Shown: in pieces, positions 1 through 11,819 of the stretch
How the letters are laid out: each line of letters starts with the position of its first letter
Numbering within the stretch: position 1 is the stretch's first letter
Assembly: GCF_963921235.1 (NCBI RefSeq)
Contig: NC_086097.1
Span: 96,040,001 to 96,104,000, forward strand
Source of the DNA: Mobula hypostoma
Taxonomy: Eukaryota
Direction: 5' to 3'
DNA length: 64,000 nt
Notes under the pieces: generated by a model
Seen by the model: only the letters and a program-made list of their open reading frames with translations
The model's database searches: none
What the model was told of the DNA's origin: nothing
Translations under genes and position numbers: made by a program

Positions 1-303
1 GCAAGGACTAGATGTGCTGAAGGACGCGTGTCTGTGCTGTATTTCTCTATGACTCCAAGAAGGTAATTTGCTTCCGTTAAAATTACATTTTCTCTTTCTT
101 GCATATCTTGTAGTTTTCTGACTTTGTTCTGCTGACCTGCCTTCAATATAACATTGGTCACCCACCATGTAAGAGTTCCAGGCCTTCATTTGAGCTGCTC
201 AGTGACCCTCAACTTGATTTCTTCTGTATTGTAGCTCATTTTTATTCTAAGTATGTATTTTTCATTTTAATGCTTCCTTTTAATGAGTTATGTTTTTTTT
301 CAG

Positions 304-384
304 TCAACTTGCTAAAGTACTTGATGAAAAATTGATGCAAGAAAAGGCTGTTAATATGTTGGAACGTAATGAAGAATTTCAAGA
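304..384 (+). CDS. KNL1: KNL1/CASC5 internal coding exon (coiled-coil region): QLAKVLDEKLMQEKAVNMLERNEEFQ
   Basis: Poly-T tract + CAG acceptor (301-303) and GTGAGT donor (385). Open frame. The terminal GA joins the first A of the 2198 exon to give Glu in frame. Confidence 0.8.
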
Positions 385-819
385 GTGAGTATTGAACTCT
401 TCTTATTTGCCCCAGGAGATAATTTTCTCCAACATATTTGCAATGTACCATGTGTTGTGGCTTAAGATGGAGGTTGAAAATCTCTGCTATACTGCCAGAC
501 GGAGACATCACGTGAGAGTTTCTCCTTTGTAGAATAACTCGTAAGGGTTCTCTTCATGGCTCTGGTCAGAGACTGACAGTAATGACTTTTTTCCTATGTT
601 GGTAAAATGGAAGGAAATAATTCAAATGAGGCATGATGATTGCTTTAGTGCCCTATAAAACTGTGATTAAACAGGAAGAATGTTTTTAGCCTTTGGCAGG
701 AGGCTCAATAGTAAGTCTGACTTGAGATGTGAAAATGGAACGGAATGAGTAGAAAACCACCTCAAAGAATAGGGTTCAACTTCTCCTGGAAGAGGAGTGC
801 TGACATGGTGTTGGTATCG

Positions 820-1720
820 TGATTGAATCAGAATCAGGTTTATTATCACTGGCATGTATTGTGAAATTTGTTAGCTTAGCAGCAGCAGTTCAATGCAATA
901 CCTAATCTAGCAGAGAGAGGGAAAAAAAAACATAATAATACACTTTGTAAGTAAACAAGTAAATTAATTATGTATATTGAATAATTATTTTAAAATGTGC
1001 AAAAACAGAAATACTGTATATTTTTAAAAAGTGAGGTAGTGTCCAAAGCTTCAAAGTCCATTCAGGAATCAGATGGCAGAGGGGAAGAAGCTGTTCCTGA
1101 ATCACTGAGTGTGTGCTTTTAGGCTTCTGTATCTCCTACCTGATGCTAACAATGAGAAAAGGGTATGCCCTGTGTGCTGGAGGTCTTTAATAATGAACGC
1201 CACCTTTCTGAGACACCGCTCCCTAAAGATGTCCTGGGTACTTTGTAGGCTAGTGCCGAAGATGGAATTGACTAGATTTACAACCTTCTGAAGCTTCTTT
1301 CGATCCTGTGCAGTAGCCCCTCCATACCAGACAGTGATGCAGTCTGTCAGAATGCTCTCCACGGTACAACTATAGAAGTTTTTGACTTTATTTGCTGACA
1401 TGCCAAATCGCTTCAAACTCCTAATATAGCTGCTATCTTGCCGTCTTTATGACTACATCAATGTGTTGCGACCAGGTTAGATCCTCAGAGATCTTGACAC
1501 CCAGGAACTTGAAGTTGCTCACTCTCTCCATTTCTGATCCCTCTGAGGATTGGTATGTGTTCTTTCGGCTTACCCTTCCTGAAGTCCACAATCAACTATT
1601 TCGTCTTACTGACATGGATTGCTGTGGCACCATTCCATGAGTTGGCATATCTCACTCCTGTACGCCCTCTCGTCACCACCTGAGATTCTACCAACAATGG
1701 TTGTATCGTCAGCAAATCTA
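820..1720 (-). mobile_element. Rex1/Babar-type LINE, 5'-truncated
   Basis: ORF 1102-1416 has FYSCTVESILT.CITVWYG...H.GH.LFSLL.SGRRYRS (Rex1 RT C-terminus). On the - strand, AATAAA plus a (TCTGAT)-type tail near 820-845. Confidence 0.85.
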
Positions 1721-2197
1721 CATGTAGAGTAGCTGAGTTAACAGACATGTCAGATATTTAATTATTTGTGAAGAGAATATATAATATTGAAACAGACCAC
1801 AATTTGCATGTGGGAGATGAATATAGCTACATGGAATTGGTTGTACAAAATTAGAATTTTGATACTACTCTTGCCAAAGTTTTCCCGATCAAATTGAGAG
1901 AGGGTGGAACTAAAATGGAATTAATTAACCTGAGGAAAAATGAATTGGAATTCTTGCATTAATCTAAATTTAGTGTAGATTTTTCATTTACAGAATTTTT
2001 ACTGGTGTGTAACAGAAAATTTTGATACCCTGTCACGAGGTGGAACTGCAGAAAACTGCAATTCAAATTTAGCACTAAGTGTACCCATCTGTCTCCTCTT
2101 GTTAATCAAATATCACTCCTCTGGTGTATGACATTTGAACATCTGAATATTGGTCTTTTTTCCTTTCCTTACATTAACAAACTTTTTTGTTTCTCAG

Positions 2198-2298
2198 ACT
2201 TTTAGAATGGACATTGGTGCCTTGCCAAGATGACCAAGCTGTTTACAGATTCCTGTATGACTCCTTGGAATTGACTTTGCAGTATGGGGAGCCTGAAT
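2198..2298 (+). CDS. KNL1: KNL1 exon, start of RWD-N: LLEWTLVPCQDDQAVYRFLYDSLELTLQYGEPE
   Basis: tttctcAG acceptor, GTAAGA donor. Resembles recalled human KNL1 LSEWDVVEWSDDQAVFTFVYDTIQLTITF. Confidence 0.92.
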
Positions 2299-2429
2299 GT
2301 AAGACTATAATTTAGTTGCCTCGAACTGCAAAAATTAAAAGAAAATGCATATCTTTTATTAGTGAAAGTAATAATTGGTAAAATGCAATTTTAACTTGAG
2401 CTCTAAGATTTGATTTTATTCACTCAAAG

Positions 2430-2730
2430 GTGTAGCCATAATTGTCAAGGCTGGAACATTTTTCCCATTACTAATTGTCATTGAACTGAATGACGTGCTC
2501 AAGAGCAACTGAGAAAAATTAAGAAACATCTCTATTGTTAGCTTGGAGTCACTTCATTTGGACCAAATAAGAATGGCAGATTTTCTTGCCTAAAGTACTT
2601 ATGAACCAGATGGGTCTTTAAGAATTCTGGTAGTTTTGTGGTTACCATTGCTGAGAGTTGCCCGTTTTATTCAGATTTAATTTAATTAAAATTGCATTCC
2701 CTGCTGCACTGGTGGGATTTGGCCATTCAG
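2430..2730 (-). mobile_element. Degraded chondrichthyan tRNA-derived SINE (SacSINE1-like)
   Basis: Reverse-complement similarity to the 11820-12158 copy (ccatctggttca...ggcaagaaatctgcc...gtgactcc). Family name is from memory. Confidence 0.5.
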
Positions 2731-3975
2731 CCCAATTGAAAACTAGTGTTGCATAAATTTTTGTAGGTAGGGCCACACTGGTGATCAAATTCACTTCTGA
2801 GGGTCACTTTCATGAATGCAGAAGCGTCTAACTCCCACCCCACCACCCCCCCAAAGATCCTTGCCATTTAATTTTAGCCATTCTTTTGATGCCTATTGGT
2901 TTTCTGTCATGGAACTCCAATCTTCTACATTTTCCTAGCGGTCTCATTCATAGGAGGTTTGGCATTTTAATTCATTTCCAGTGGTAATCGACTCCTTGTT
3001 CTGGTGATTTACTTCTATTTGTTGATTTCATTAAAAAATAATAATGGTACAACCAATTTAATGTTTGAGAGCCTTGGGTTTGTTGGCAGTTTTGACAATA
3101 AGTAGATTATTAGGTATTGAAACATTTTGGGTTGATTGGTTTGCTTTTTCAGCAGAAGGTCTCAATGTTTTGTTATGCTTTACCATTTTCTTTTGAAGCT
3201 GATGAGACTGGTACACTAGCATAGCAGTTGAGGCTGCTGCTACAGCTTTCTCCCACTTCTGAAAGATGTGTTGGTAGCTTTAATGGCTACTATAAGTTGC
3301 CTTTGGTGGATGGAGTTTGATTGTGGGCATGACCGATTGGAATGCTCTGAAATCCAGTCTAGAAACTGGACCAAATGGTTTCCTCCTACATAATAAGTAA
3401 TTCAGAAAAATGTGTGTTCCCTCCTGTATTTAAGTGCAAGTTGGAGACTGAAGAGAGGGCTCTATTGTTGCACATCGCTTCCATACAAGAATCTGCTCCC
3501 ATCCCTTTTGATCTGACTCACTCAAAATATATCCTTCAGTTTGTCCATCATGCTTAAGTAGTTTCTCTTCTGTAAATTGATCAAGAAGATGCAATATGGA
3601 AAAGCATTATATTACTGAGATGAAACTGATGGCATTTGACCCTTGATCCTAAAAGACATTAAAACAGATTGCATGCATCCTGCGTTTGTTTGGTTGTCAG
3701 ATTAGCTCATTTAATAGTAACATTCCCTTTTGGTCAGATTTTTTTTCTGAACTATTTGAAGCTCTGATTATTGGCAATCTTGCCATTTATATGAAATTTT
3801 AAACAACTTAGGAATTTGTAATCTTGGAGTGAGCTGAAGAGCCTTCTGTTCTGTAGTATGAAAAAAACAATTCGGTCCTATCTCCTTATTTAGAACAAAC
3901 CAAAAAATATAATCAAAGTTTTACTCTAAACTTTTTTTTAATAGGGCTGTTTATTTACTTTGGTTCTAAATGTAG

Positions 3976-4044
3976 GTGCTGAACTTTCCCCTGGTGAGAA
4001 GTACAGGAAAATTGTTGACATAAAGCTTGTCTCTGAGTTGGATG
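3976..4044 (+). CDS. KNL1: KNL1 exon: (C)AELSPGEKYRKIVDIKLVSELD
   Basis: AG/GTGAGT boundaries, phase 1-1 consistent with neighbours. Resembles human KRYRKIVDVNFQSLLD. Confidence 0.9.
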
Positions 4045-6054
4045 GTGAGTTAAAAGGTCTTAATTATTTGGATAAGTTTGCATATTTTGTTTTCTTAAAC
4101 TTGTTCATTTTTGGGTTTACTCTGAATTTAGTAGAAGCTATTGGATTAGGTCTTCCTTCAGCTTTCCTTCATGGATCCAGCTAAGTAGGATAATATCACC
4201 CTCTTTTTTTTCTTGGCTTGTCTTCTGGTCCAGCTTACACATCATAATCTCATGAGGAAAGGGGGAGAGATACAGAGATTTTATCACTCTCATATTAAGC
4301 TGGAAGCTTCAGATGTTGATCTGTCCTTCTTAAAAGCTGAAATTCTCTTTCTTTTCTGTGTTTCCCTGTGTATGTGAGATTCCTTGTATTTCTACCACTA
4401 GTGATTGATCTTAAGATTTTTAGGATGTTTACTTAAATAACAATTGGTGGCTTAATTGGGAAGTGTTGTAATGCACCTTAACCCTATCATAATCCAGTTC
4501 TACATTAAATTGCATACTCTGCAACATTTGATGCTTCATACTTTTCCCACATTAATTGACGACTGAAGTCGAATATAAAGATGTTTTCCCACTCGAGTAT
4601 CACTAAACCAGCTGATACTTTAAAATCTACTTTTATGGTCATGAATATTAATGCTGGCTTTTTAAAATTACAGTTTTATTCAGCTAATTTAAATTTCCCA
4701 CCTCTAGTGTAATTGCTACGTTATTGTTCCCCCACTATTTTATGTAGATTTTTGGCAAGTTTTGATTGGTCAGATTTTTTTTTAAAAATTCTATTTGTTT
4801 GGAAAATAGGATTCTGGAGTCTGTAAGTACAAGATATTCATGAACAAGTACAAATGGAAATTTAACAATTCTATGAATAGTTGGAACGCATTTATATGGA
4901 AGAAGGATAAACTGAATGAGAGAAAAAGAAATAGAACTATATAATGAAGAGAGGTTGAGGCGGCTTGTATATATCATAGTCATCATATGGCCAGTTTGTT
5001 CAAATTGCCCACTTTCATTATGAACATGCTGTGTTTAAAACACTGGCAAATGGGATTTGTCCTTTTCCAAAGGACATTGGCTGCTATTTAAGTGCTGTTT
5101 CACCAGCACAATTTCTTGTAATAGCACCTCAAATAGCCTTGAGTTCAGGCTTGGTACCCAATCTTACTGATAGTATAGTAAGGAGGAGAAAACTGAAAAC
5201 ATTTTTTGTTTCAATATTTGACAAAGTTGTTTGGTGTTTAGTGTCTTTAATGTTACTACAGTGAGCCGAAACAACCAATGCTTATTGGTTCACTAACAGC
5301 AATCCTAGGCTGACTTTCACTGATAGGTTGTTGTTCCCAACAACCTATCTAATATTCTTTGTTAACCATATAAATAGTCGTGCTCTGGATGCACTGTTAG
5401 AGGTTTTTTTTTGGCTGTGTGGTTTTACTGGATAAATGTATATTTTGTAATCTGGCTTTGTTCTATCTCCTGGCTTTGGGTTTCATAGGTAAGCGAACAA
5501 CAAATGTTAAATGGGATAGAAAGTCTCATCTTTAGTTGCTCTGGCCTACACTATCTGCCAAGTTGAGTTCCAGTAAATTAAGGCAGTATTTTAGAGTCAA
5601 TCAGAAATTAGCTATAAATATTGACCTTTATAGCAACATCACTTGAATTTAAGGTGAGAGAAAAGAGTTTTAAAGGCAATTTGAAAGGAAAGGTTTTCTT
5701 GGCTATCTGAAGCTTGCTGCTAGAGGTGGTAGAGTTACAGTAGATACAATTGCTAAGTTTGAGACATTTAAATGAGCACTAAGAGGGCAAAGCATAGCAG
5801 GATATGGACCTAACACAGGAAAATAGGATTAGTATTAATTTGCAGATGTTGGCATTGACAAGATGGGCCAAATGGCTTGTTTCTATACTATATAACTTTA
5901 ACTTTATCTCATCTCATGAATAAATTTAAAAGTACTTAGTGGGTTTTTAAATTAACTATACTTTCTATTGGATTTTCATTCAAAATATTCCCCTTTATAA
6001 CAAACCGATTTTCAAATATGTGCTTTATTTTAATCATTGTAATTTGTTTTACAG

Positions 6055-6164
6055 AGAAAGAATCACCTGCACACTCGAAGCTTGTTCATGAGCTGGTTAT
6101 GATGTGTTGGAAGAATCGAGAAAGTTGGCACAGTAAACACTCCAATGAATCTCAGGTCCCCATG
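6055..6164 (+). CDS. KNL1: KNL1 exon: (E)KESPAHSKLVHELVMMCWKNRESWHSKHSNESQVPM
   Basis: ttttacAG acceptor, GTATGG donor, phase-consistent. Resembles human APPSSLLVHKLIFQYVEEKESW. Confidence 0.9.
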
Positions 6165-6719
6165 GTATGGATAAAATTAAAGCGTCACCTTTTTGCACTT
6201 AAATTGTTCCTGATTTCCATCTTCTATTTTTTTTCCACCTTGCATTGCCCTTGCTACTTTTCTCTCTGCTTTGTGAACTGGTAAATCTTTTATTACCTAC
6301 AGTTTTGATGAGAGGTCATTGACTAACTGAAAATGTTAACTCAGTTTCTCCCTCCAGATAGAAAATGATCAGCTACCAACCTCAAATCCTTTTACTATTT
6401 TGGACTTTCAACTTCATTTGTATGAATCTTTGTCATCACAGTGTCCTTTTCTAGGGGGGGACAAATAGACAGAATTCTGTGATTAAAATATTTGTAAATT
6501 TTGTCTCCCTAGAGTATTTAATTGAAATTGTATTTTGATTTGATTTTCATATGATCTGTGGGATTTTTAAGCTTACTTTTGATAAGCACTCATCTTCCAC
6601 CTTGCAGTTTGTTACTGAAGGAAAAACTGAGAATAGACATCACAGTAGACTAATAAATGTCAGTTATCCAGGACAATATATTGATGGCTTTGGTGATGTC
6701 TGTATCAGAGCTAAAGTCA

Positions 6720-7080
6720 TAGTCATACAATATGGAAGGGGACCCTTCAGTACAATCCCTTCATGCTGACTGTGTTAACCAGCTAACTGGTCTCATCTGC
6801 TCACATTTTATCCAGACACCTCTAAATACTTCCTTTCCATGTGCTTATCTAGATAGCTTTGAAATGTTGCTCATGTGCCTGCCTCAACCACTATTTCTGG
6901 CACCTCATTCCAAATACACATCACCCTATGCATGAAGAAGGTGTTCTGATGTCTCTCTTAAATGTCATACCTCCTGATCTTAAACTTTTGCCCTCTTGAT
7001 TTTAGCAAACCCTCCCGAGGGGAAAAAGACACCCTGTTTATGCCTCTCACGATTTTATTTAACTCTAACAGGTCACCCTG
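6720..7080 (-). mobile_element. CR1 LINE 3' fragment
   Basis: Typical CR1 3' UTR and RT C-terminus on the - strand, similar to other copies in the window. Confidence 0.7.
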
Positions 7081-7599
7081 TCACATCTGTCATTGTCCCA
7101 GTTCTTCCGATTGTGTGTGATGCTGAAAAAGACAGTGTGAAAAAGGTTCAATAAGGTTCATAAATCTATCAAATCGTAATATCAAATTATTCAAATCTCC
7201 ACTACTTGTTTCCAAATATGTAAGTTTAATATACACAAAGAACAAATGGAATGGTTATCTTCTTATACAAAGTGGAAACACTGAATCAAAACACCTGTAA
7301 AGGTACTTCTTTTTTCAATAGAATTAAATTTGGCAGAAAGGTTTTTCAATGGCACTGCAAAGGCATAATAAGTTGCATCTCTGAATCATGTTCTCTGATT
7401 ATGAAATGTTCCAATGGTGATATAAATGTTACCAGCTGGATTTACACAGGAACCATCGGGTTAGTTCCTTGTGTGTTATAAATTGCAATTAAGGGGGAAA
7501 TGGGTGTAAAATCTAAAGCAAGTGCAATACTTTTGGTGAGGTGTGTTTCAGGAGCAGGAAATCATGCAGAAACTACATAAAATATTAATCCCAGTGCCA

Positions 7600-8225
7600 A
7601 GACATTTAGAACATGAAACAGGACAGTACAGGAACATGTCTTTCAGCCCACAATGTTGTGCTGAACCAATTAAATTAGTAATCAAATGGCCATCTAAACC
7701 ATTCCCCTCTACCTACAAAATGTCAATATCCCTCACATTTATGTGCTGATCTAAACATGTTGTAAGTCTCTAATGTATCTGCCTCTACCACCACCCCAGT
7801 CAGCGCATTACAGGCACCACCACTCTGTGGAGGAAAAAAACTTGCATTTTGCATCTCTTTTGAAATTACACCCCTCCCCCCACTCTTAAATGCATACCCA
7901 CTGGTACTGGACATTTTAACCCTGGGGAAAAAGATACTGTCTATTCTATCTATGCTTATTATAACCTTATAAACCTCAATTAGATCTCCCCTCAGCCTCC
8001 ATTACTCCAGAGAAAACACCCCAAATTGGTCTACCCTCTTGTTTTAGTGCATGCCCTCTAATCCAGGCAGCAACCTGGTAAATCTCTTCTACACCCTCTC
8101 CAAAGCCTCGACATTTTTCCTATAATGGGGTGGCCAGAATTATAAGCAATGCTCCAGATGCGGCCTAACTAGAGTTTGATAAAGCTGCAACATAACCTCC
8201 CTGACTTATGAACCCAATACCTCAT
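7600..8225 (-). mobile_element. CR1 LINE 3' fragment
   Basis: Reverse strand encodes the degraded CR1 RT end (LVRPHLE.C..FW.P). ORF 7723-7914 is a remnant of it. Confidence 0.8.
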
Positions 8226-8439
8226 GCAAGGTTGTTCAGTGTTGCTTGATATCTTGATTTGTAGTCCAGAATTTTCTGGCTACAGAGCTTTAAACAAACC
8301 ATTAATTGATCCAATATGAACTAATTGGTTAATGTCCCTAGCCAGACACCTTCCAGCTTCTAGGCATATGTATGCTGGTAGATTGAAAGAATTGAGCAGT
8401 CTTTTTAGGTACGGATCATTTGTTTCTTTTTCACTCTAG

Positions 8440-8558
8440 CTCTTACTTGATCTCTCGCTTGTGGTGAGTCGATGTCGATTACTTGGTGATGAACTGGAAT
8501 ATTTGTTGAACTGGGGATCAAAATTTGATATCTTGAAACTGGAGATTCAACACACAGA
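8440..8558 (+). CDS. KNL1: KNL1 exon: LLLDLSLVVSRCRLLGDELEYLLNWGSKFDILKLEIQHT
   Basis: Pyrimidine tract + TAG acceptor, GTAAGT donor. Resembles human SLVVHHCRLLGEEIEYLKRWG. Confidence 0.93.
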
Positions 8559-8793
8559 GTAAGTACATCTGCAGCAGAGTGCATGGATGGCCATATAATA
8601 TCATTTGGGGAGGAGGTGCTGGGAAGGAAGAATTTAGATTTTGAAAGCACTATCCCTTTTGCATTCCCCATTTTCCTTCACGGAGTGACCAGGGATAGGA
8701 AGCACAAAATAATCTGCAGATGCTGGGGTCAAAGCAACACTCACAACATGCTGGAGGAACTCAGCAGGTTGGGCAGCATCCGTGGAAACAATG

Positions 8794-8829
8794 AGTCGAC
8801 GTTTTGGGCCGGAACCCTTCGTCAGGACT
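8794..8829 (-). ncRNA. Minimal type I hammerhead ribozyme motif (core GAAA mutated to AAAA)
   Basis: - strand reads AGTC CTGACGA AGGGTTCCGGCCC AAAA CG TC GACT: stem I AGTC/GACT, core CUGANGA, stem II GGG/CCC. Confidence 0.7.
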
Positions 8830-9796
8830 GAAGAGGGAAGGGGCAGAGGCCCTATAAAGGTGTGGGGAGGGTGGGAAGGAGAAGGCTGGTAGGTTCCTGG
8901 TGAAAAACCCGTAAGCGGAAAGATAAAGAGGTGGGGGAGGGGAAGCAGGGAGGTGATAGGCAGGAAAGGTGAAGAAGGGAAAGGAGAAAGCACAATATGT
9001 AGTAGAAGGAGGCGGAAACATGAGGGAGGTGATAGGCAGCTAGGGGAGGGGGCAGAGTGAAATAGGGATAGAGGAAGGGAAGGGGAGGGAATTACTGGAA
9101 GTTTGAGAATTCTATGTTCATACCAAGGGGCTGGAGACTACCTAGACAGTATATGAGGTGTTGCTCCTCCAACCTGAGTTTAGCCTCATCATGGCAGTAG
9201 AGGAGGCCATGTATGGACATATCTAAATGGGAATGGGAAGCAGAGTTGAAGTGGGTGGGTACTGGGAGATCCTGTCTGTTGTGGAAAAAAGGACAGTCAG
9301 GCTTGTGAATCTTGGGGAGGAGGTAAAACCGAGTGGTACGGGGTGTGGGAATTATGAGTTTAGTGGCTGAGGATGGAAGGTCTCCAGAGTTGATAAGGGC
9401 AGTAATGGTACGGGAGGCAACAGATAGGATCTCCCAGTAGCCACCCACTTCAACTCTGCTTCACATTCCCACTCAGATATGTCCATACATGGCCTCCTCT
9501 ACTGCCATGATGAGACTAAACTCAGGTTGGAGGAGCAACACCTCATATACTGTCTAGGTAGTCTCCAGCCCCTTGGTATGAACATAGAGTTCACCAACTT
9601 CCGGTAATTCCTTCCCCCTCCCTTCTTCTATCCCTATTTCACTCTGCCCCCTCCCCCAGCTGCCTATCACCTCCTTGCTTCCGCTCCCCCACCCCTCTAT
9701 CTTTCCCCTTACGGGTTTTTCACCTGGAACCTACCAGCCTTCTCCTTCCCACCCTCCCCCCACCTTCTTTATAGGGCCTCTGCCCCTTCCCTCTTC

Positions 9797-9832
9797 AGTC
9801 CTGATGAAGGGTTCCGGCCTGAAACATCAACT
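9797..9832 (+). ncRNA. Minimal type I hammerhead ribozyme motif
   Basis: AGTC CTGATGA AGGGTTCCGGCCT GAAA CA TC AACT. Core boxes intact; stems I and III carry CpG-type transitions. Confidence 0.7.
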
Positions 9833-9906
9833 CATCATTTCCATGGATGCTGCCTGACCTGCTGAGTTCCTCCAGCATGTTGTGACCAGGGATAGGATTT
9901 GTGTCA

Positions 9907-10112
9907 TAAAAGCAGAAAATGCTCAAACAGCATCTGGTGCATGGGGAGGAGTGGCGGGTGCATTGTTAGCATTTCAGGTTGGCAACCCTCTTGGAACTGG
10001 GAAAGAGTTCTGATGAAGGATTCAGCCTGAAAGGTTAACTGTTTCCACAAATGCTGTCTGATCTGCTGAAAATTTCTAGCATTTTCCATTTGTATTTCAA
10101 ATTTGCTGCATC
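9907..10112. mobile_element. Short palindromic Penelope-derived element with hammerhead motif (10006-10040)
   Basis: Two degraded PLE tails in opposite orientation. The + arm has AGTT CTGATGA AGGATTCAGCCT GAAA GG TT AACT. Confidence 0.6.
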
Positions 10113-10189
10113 AATTGTTTTTTTATTTTCATGGGATTTGTCTTTTGTGCAATTTAGTATGATGGTCTCAGTCTGTACTTGGGGAAATT

Positions 10190-11338
10190 AAATTCAAATT
10201 TAATCGTCATTCAACCATATATGAATACCCATGAATACAGCCAAAGGAAACAGCATTACTCTGGGGTAAAGGTGCAAGACACAGTACCAACAGTCTCACA
10301 CAGCACAAAGCACACACAAGATAGCAAGCACAAACGGTATTACAATCACTTAATAAAAGAGTCGAGAACTTGTGCCATTAAACACCTGGGGGGGGGACAA
10401 CTCCAAATCCAGCCTGGATGTCGTGCCACACCACCTCCAGTGGCCCTGACACCCACCTCCTCCCAGGCGACACCGCGGCTTGAGGCCTAGTCTTCACATA
10501 TGCAAGATAAACAAGCACATATAGAATAACAGGAAGACACAACTGTGAAAAATATATATATACACGTGTATATGGTCCAGACCCTTTAGTCCATTGAAAT
10601 CTCCAATCAACCACAAAAGATCTTGTCTTTTACTGAGTGAGCACTGGGAAGGGGAGGCAGCACAGACTCCAGCCGGATACTGCGCCACGTCACCCCCGGT
10701 GGAGCGCAACAATTTGGACACCTCTCTACCAGGGGCTGTAAAACAGGCACCCCTGCGGCTTGAACTCCTGACTGGATTGAGTACTGCCAAAAACTGCAGT
10801 CGACCACAACAGAATTTGTCTTCTGCCGAGTGAAGCACTGGGAGGTCTGCACAAACTCCATCTTGGACACCACATCACACAATTCCTGGTGGAGCACACT
10901 GGCTTCACCTCTCTCTCCTGGCAGCTGCAAACATGCAACACTGTGGTTTGAGGTCTAGTCCTTGCTGTGAGTGAGGCCATGCAGCATCCCCACAATCCAC
11001 CCCTACTCTTAGCCAATAAGTGAATAAATTGAACTTGCAACATACAGTACCAGTCTAGCAATGTTCGAAAGGGTCTTACGATCACAAGAAAACCAACCAA
11101 GGCGGCCACTCGCTATTAAACTAAGCCTCTGTTGATTCAGGTAGCAGAACTTTGCGCAGCTCCTTCATTATTTCTATCAGTGAGCAACTTGCTGATGGTG
11201 TAGACCTGCAGTACTTTAAGTCAATGTACAGCAGGATCTTGCAATCATCAGAAATGTGTTTAAATAGGACAGTAGCACCTTTTGCTGACCCTATAGAAGC
11301 TGCTGTGACCAAACATGCTGCCATCTTACCGGAACTTT
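10190..11338 (-). mobile_element. Non-autonomous Rex1-related element (5' UTR-like + 3' tail, no RT)
   Basis: The - strand begins GTTCCGGTAAGATGGCAGC (YY1-like start seen in such LINEs) and ends in a Rex-type tail (TTGAAT...). Interior has degenerate repeats and no RT homology that I can see. Confidence 0.5.
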
Positions 11339-11555
11339 GTAAGTATTTCCATACTGTGCTTTGATGTGTGCCACATATTCTGAAATGGATGGCTTCACAG
11401 AGCAGAGTATTTAAAAGACACCAGAGCAAAGTGTAACATTTGACTTGTGCAGTAACTCAAGTTTCCTTTTGACTTAGTAATACAGACATCTGCCCTAACT
11501 TTGGATTCACTATTGTACTCTGATCTTTCTCAACGTAGTAACTTTTCTTTTATAG

Positions 11556-11678
11556 TGTGAAGTTCCTTGTCTCGAGCTATGAAGCATTATCGAAGTTTGA
11601 AGTTGCATTTCATATTATGCCAGGTTATCCATGGCTTCCTTTGCAATTCACATTTAATTCTTGGTTTGGAAACATCAG
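11556..11678 (+). CDS. KNL1: KNL1 exon (RWD-C): (D)VKFLVSSYEALSKFEVAFHIMPGYPWLPLQFTFNSWFGNI
   Basis: ttttatAG acceptor, GTGAGA donor, phase 2-2. Has the RWD YP-x-x-P motif; resembles human FSSSAAFAKFEITLFLSAYYPSVPLP. Confidence 0.93.
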
Positions 11679-11819
11679 GTGAGATATCATGTATTATATG
11701 AAGGATTTTCTTTTTAAATATTCTATGTTTTGCTTTGGCATAGCCTGGTATTTTGGGTGAATAGTACTGACTGTTTTGTTTCTCTAGTATCTACAGAAAT
11801 ATACAAATGACACTTGATC

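Larger units (their letters stand above)
8701..9881. mobile_element. Penelope-like element inserted as a head-to-head inverted pair, with 16-bp TSD
   Basis: Arms 8741-9281 (-) and 9418-9885 (+) are reverse complements and encode the GIY-YIG C-terminus (HFNSASHSH...RLEEQHLIY.LG.LQP.GMN). The spacer encodes an RT N-terminal piece (RFYLLPKIHKP). GTGACCAGGGATAGGA occurs at 8685-8700 and 9882-9897. Confidence 0.88.

Noticed and set aside
1102..1416. ORF resembling the DUF1891/ALKBH8-N-like domain as a host gene
   Set aside because: It is the Rex1/Babar RT C-terminus, repeated many times in the window and followed by LINE tails.
10179..11429. Cluster of overlapping 70-127 aa ORFs
   Set aside because: No recognisable domains; they fall within a GC-richer non-autonomous repeat inside a KNL1 intron.
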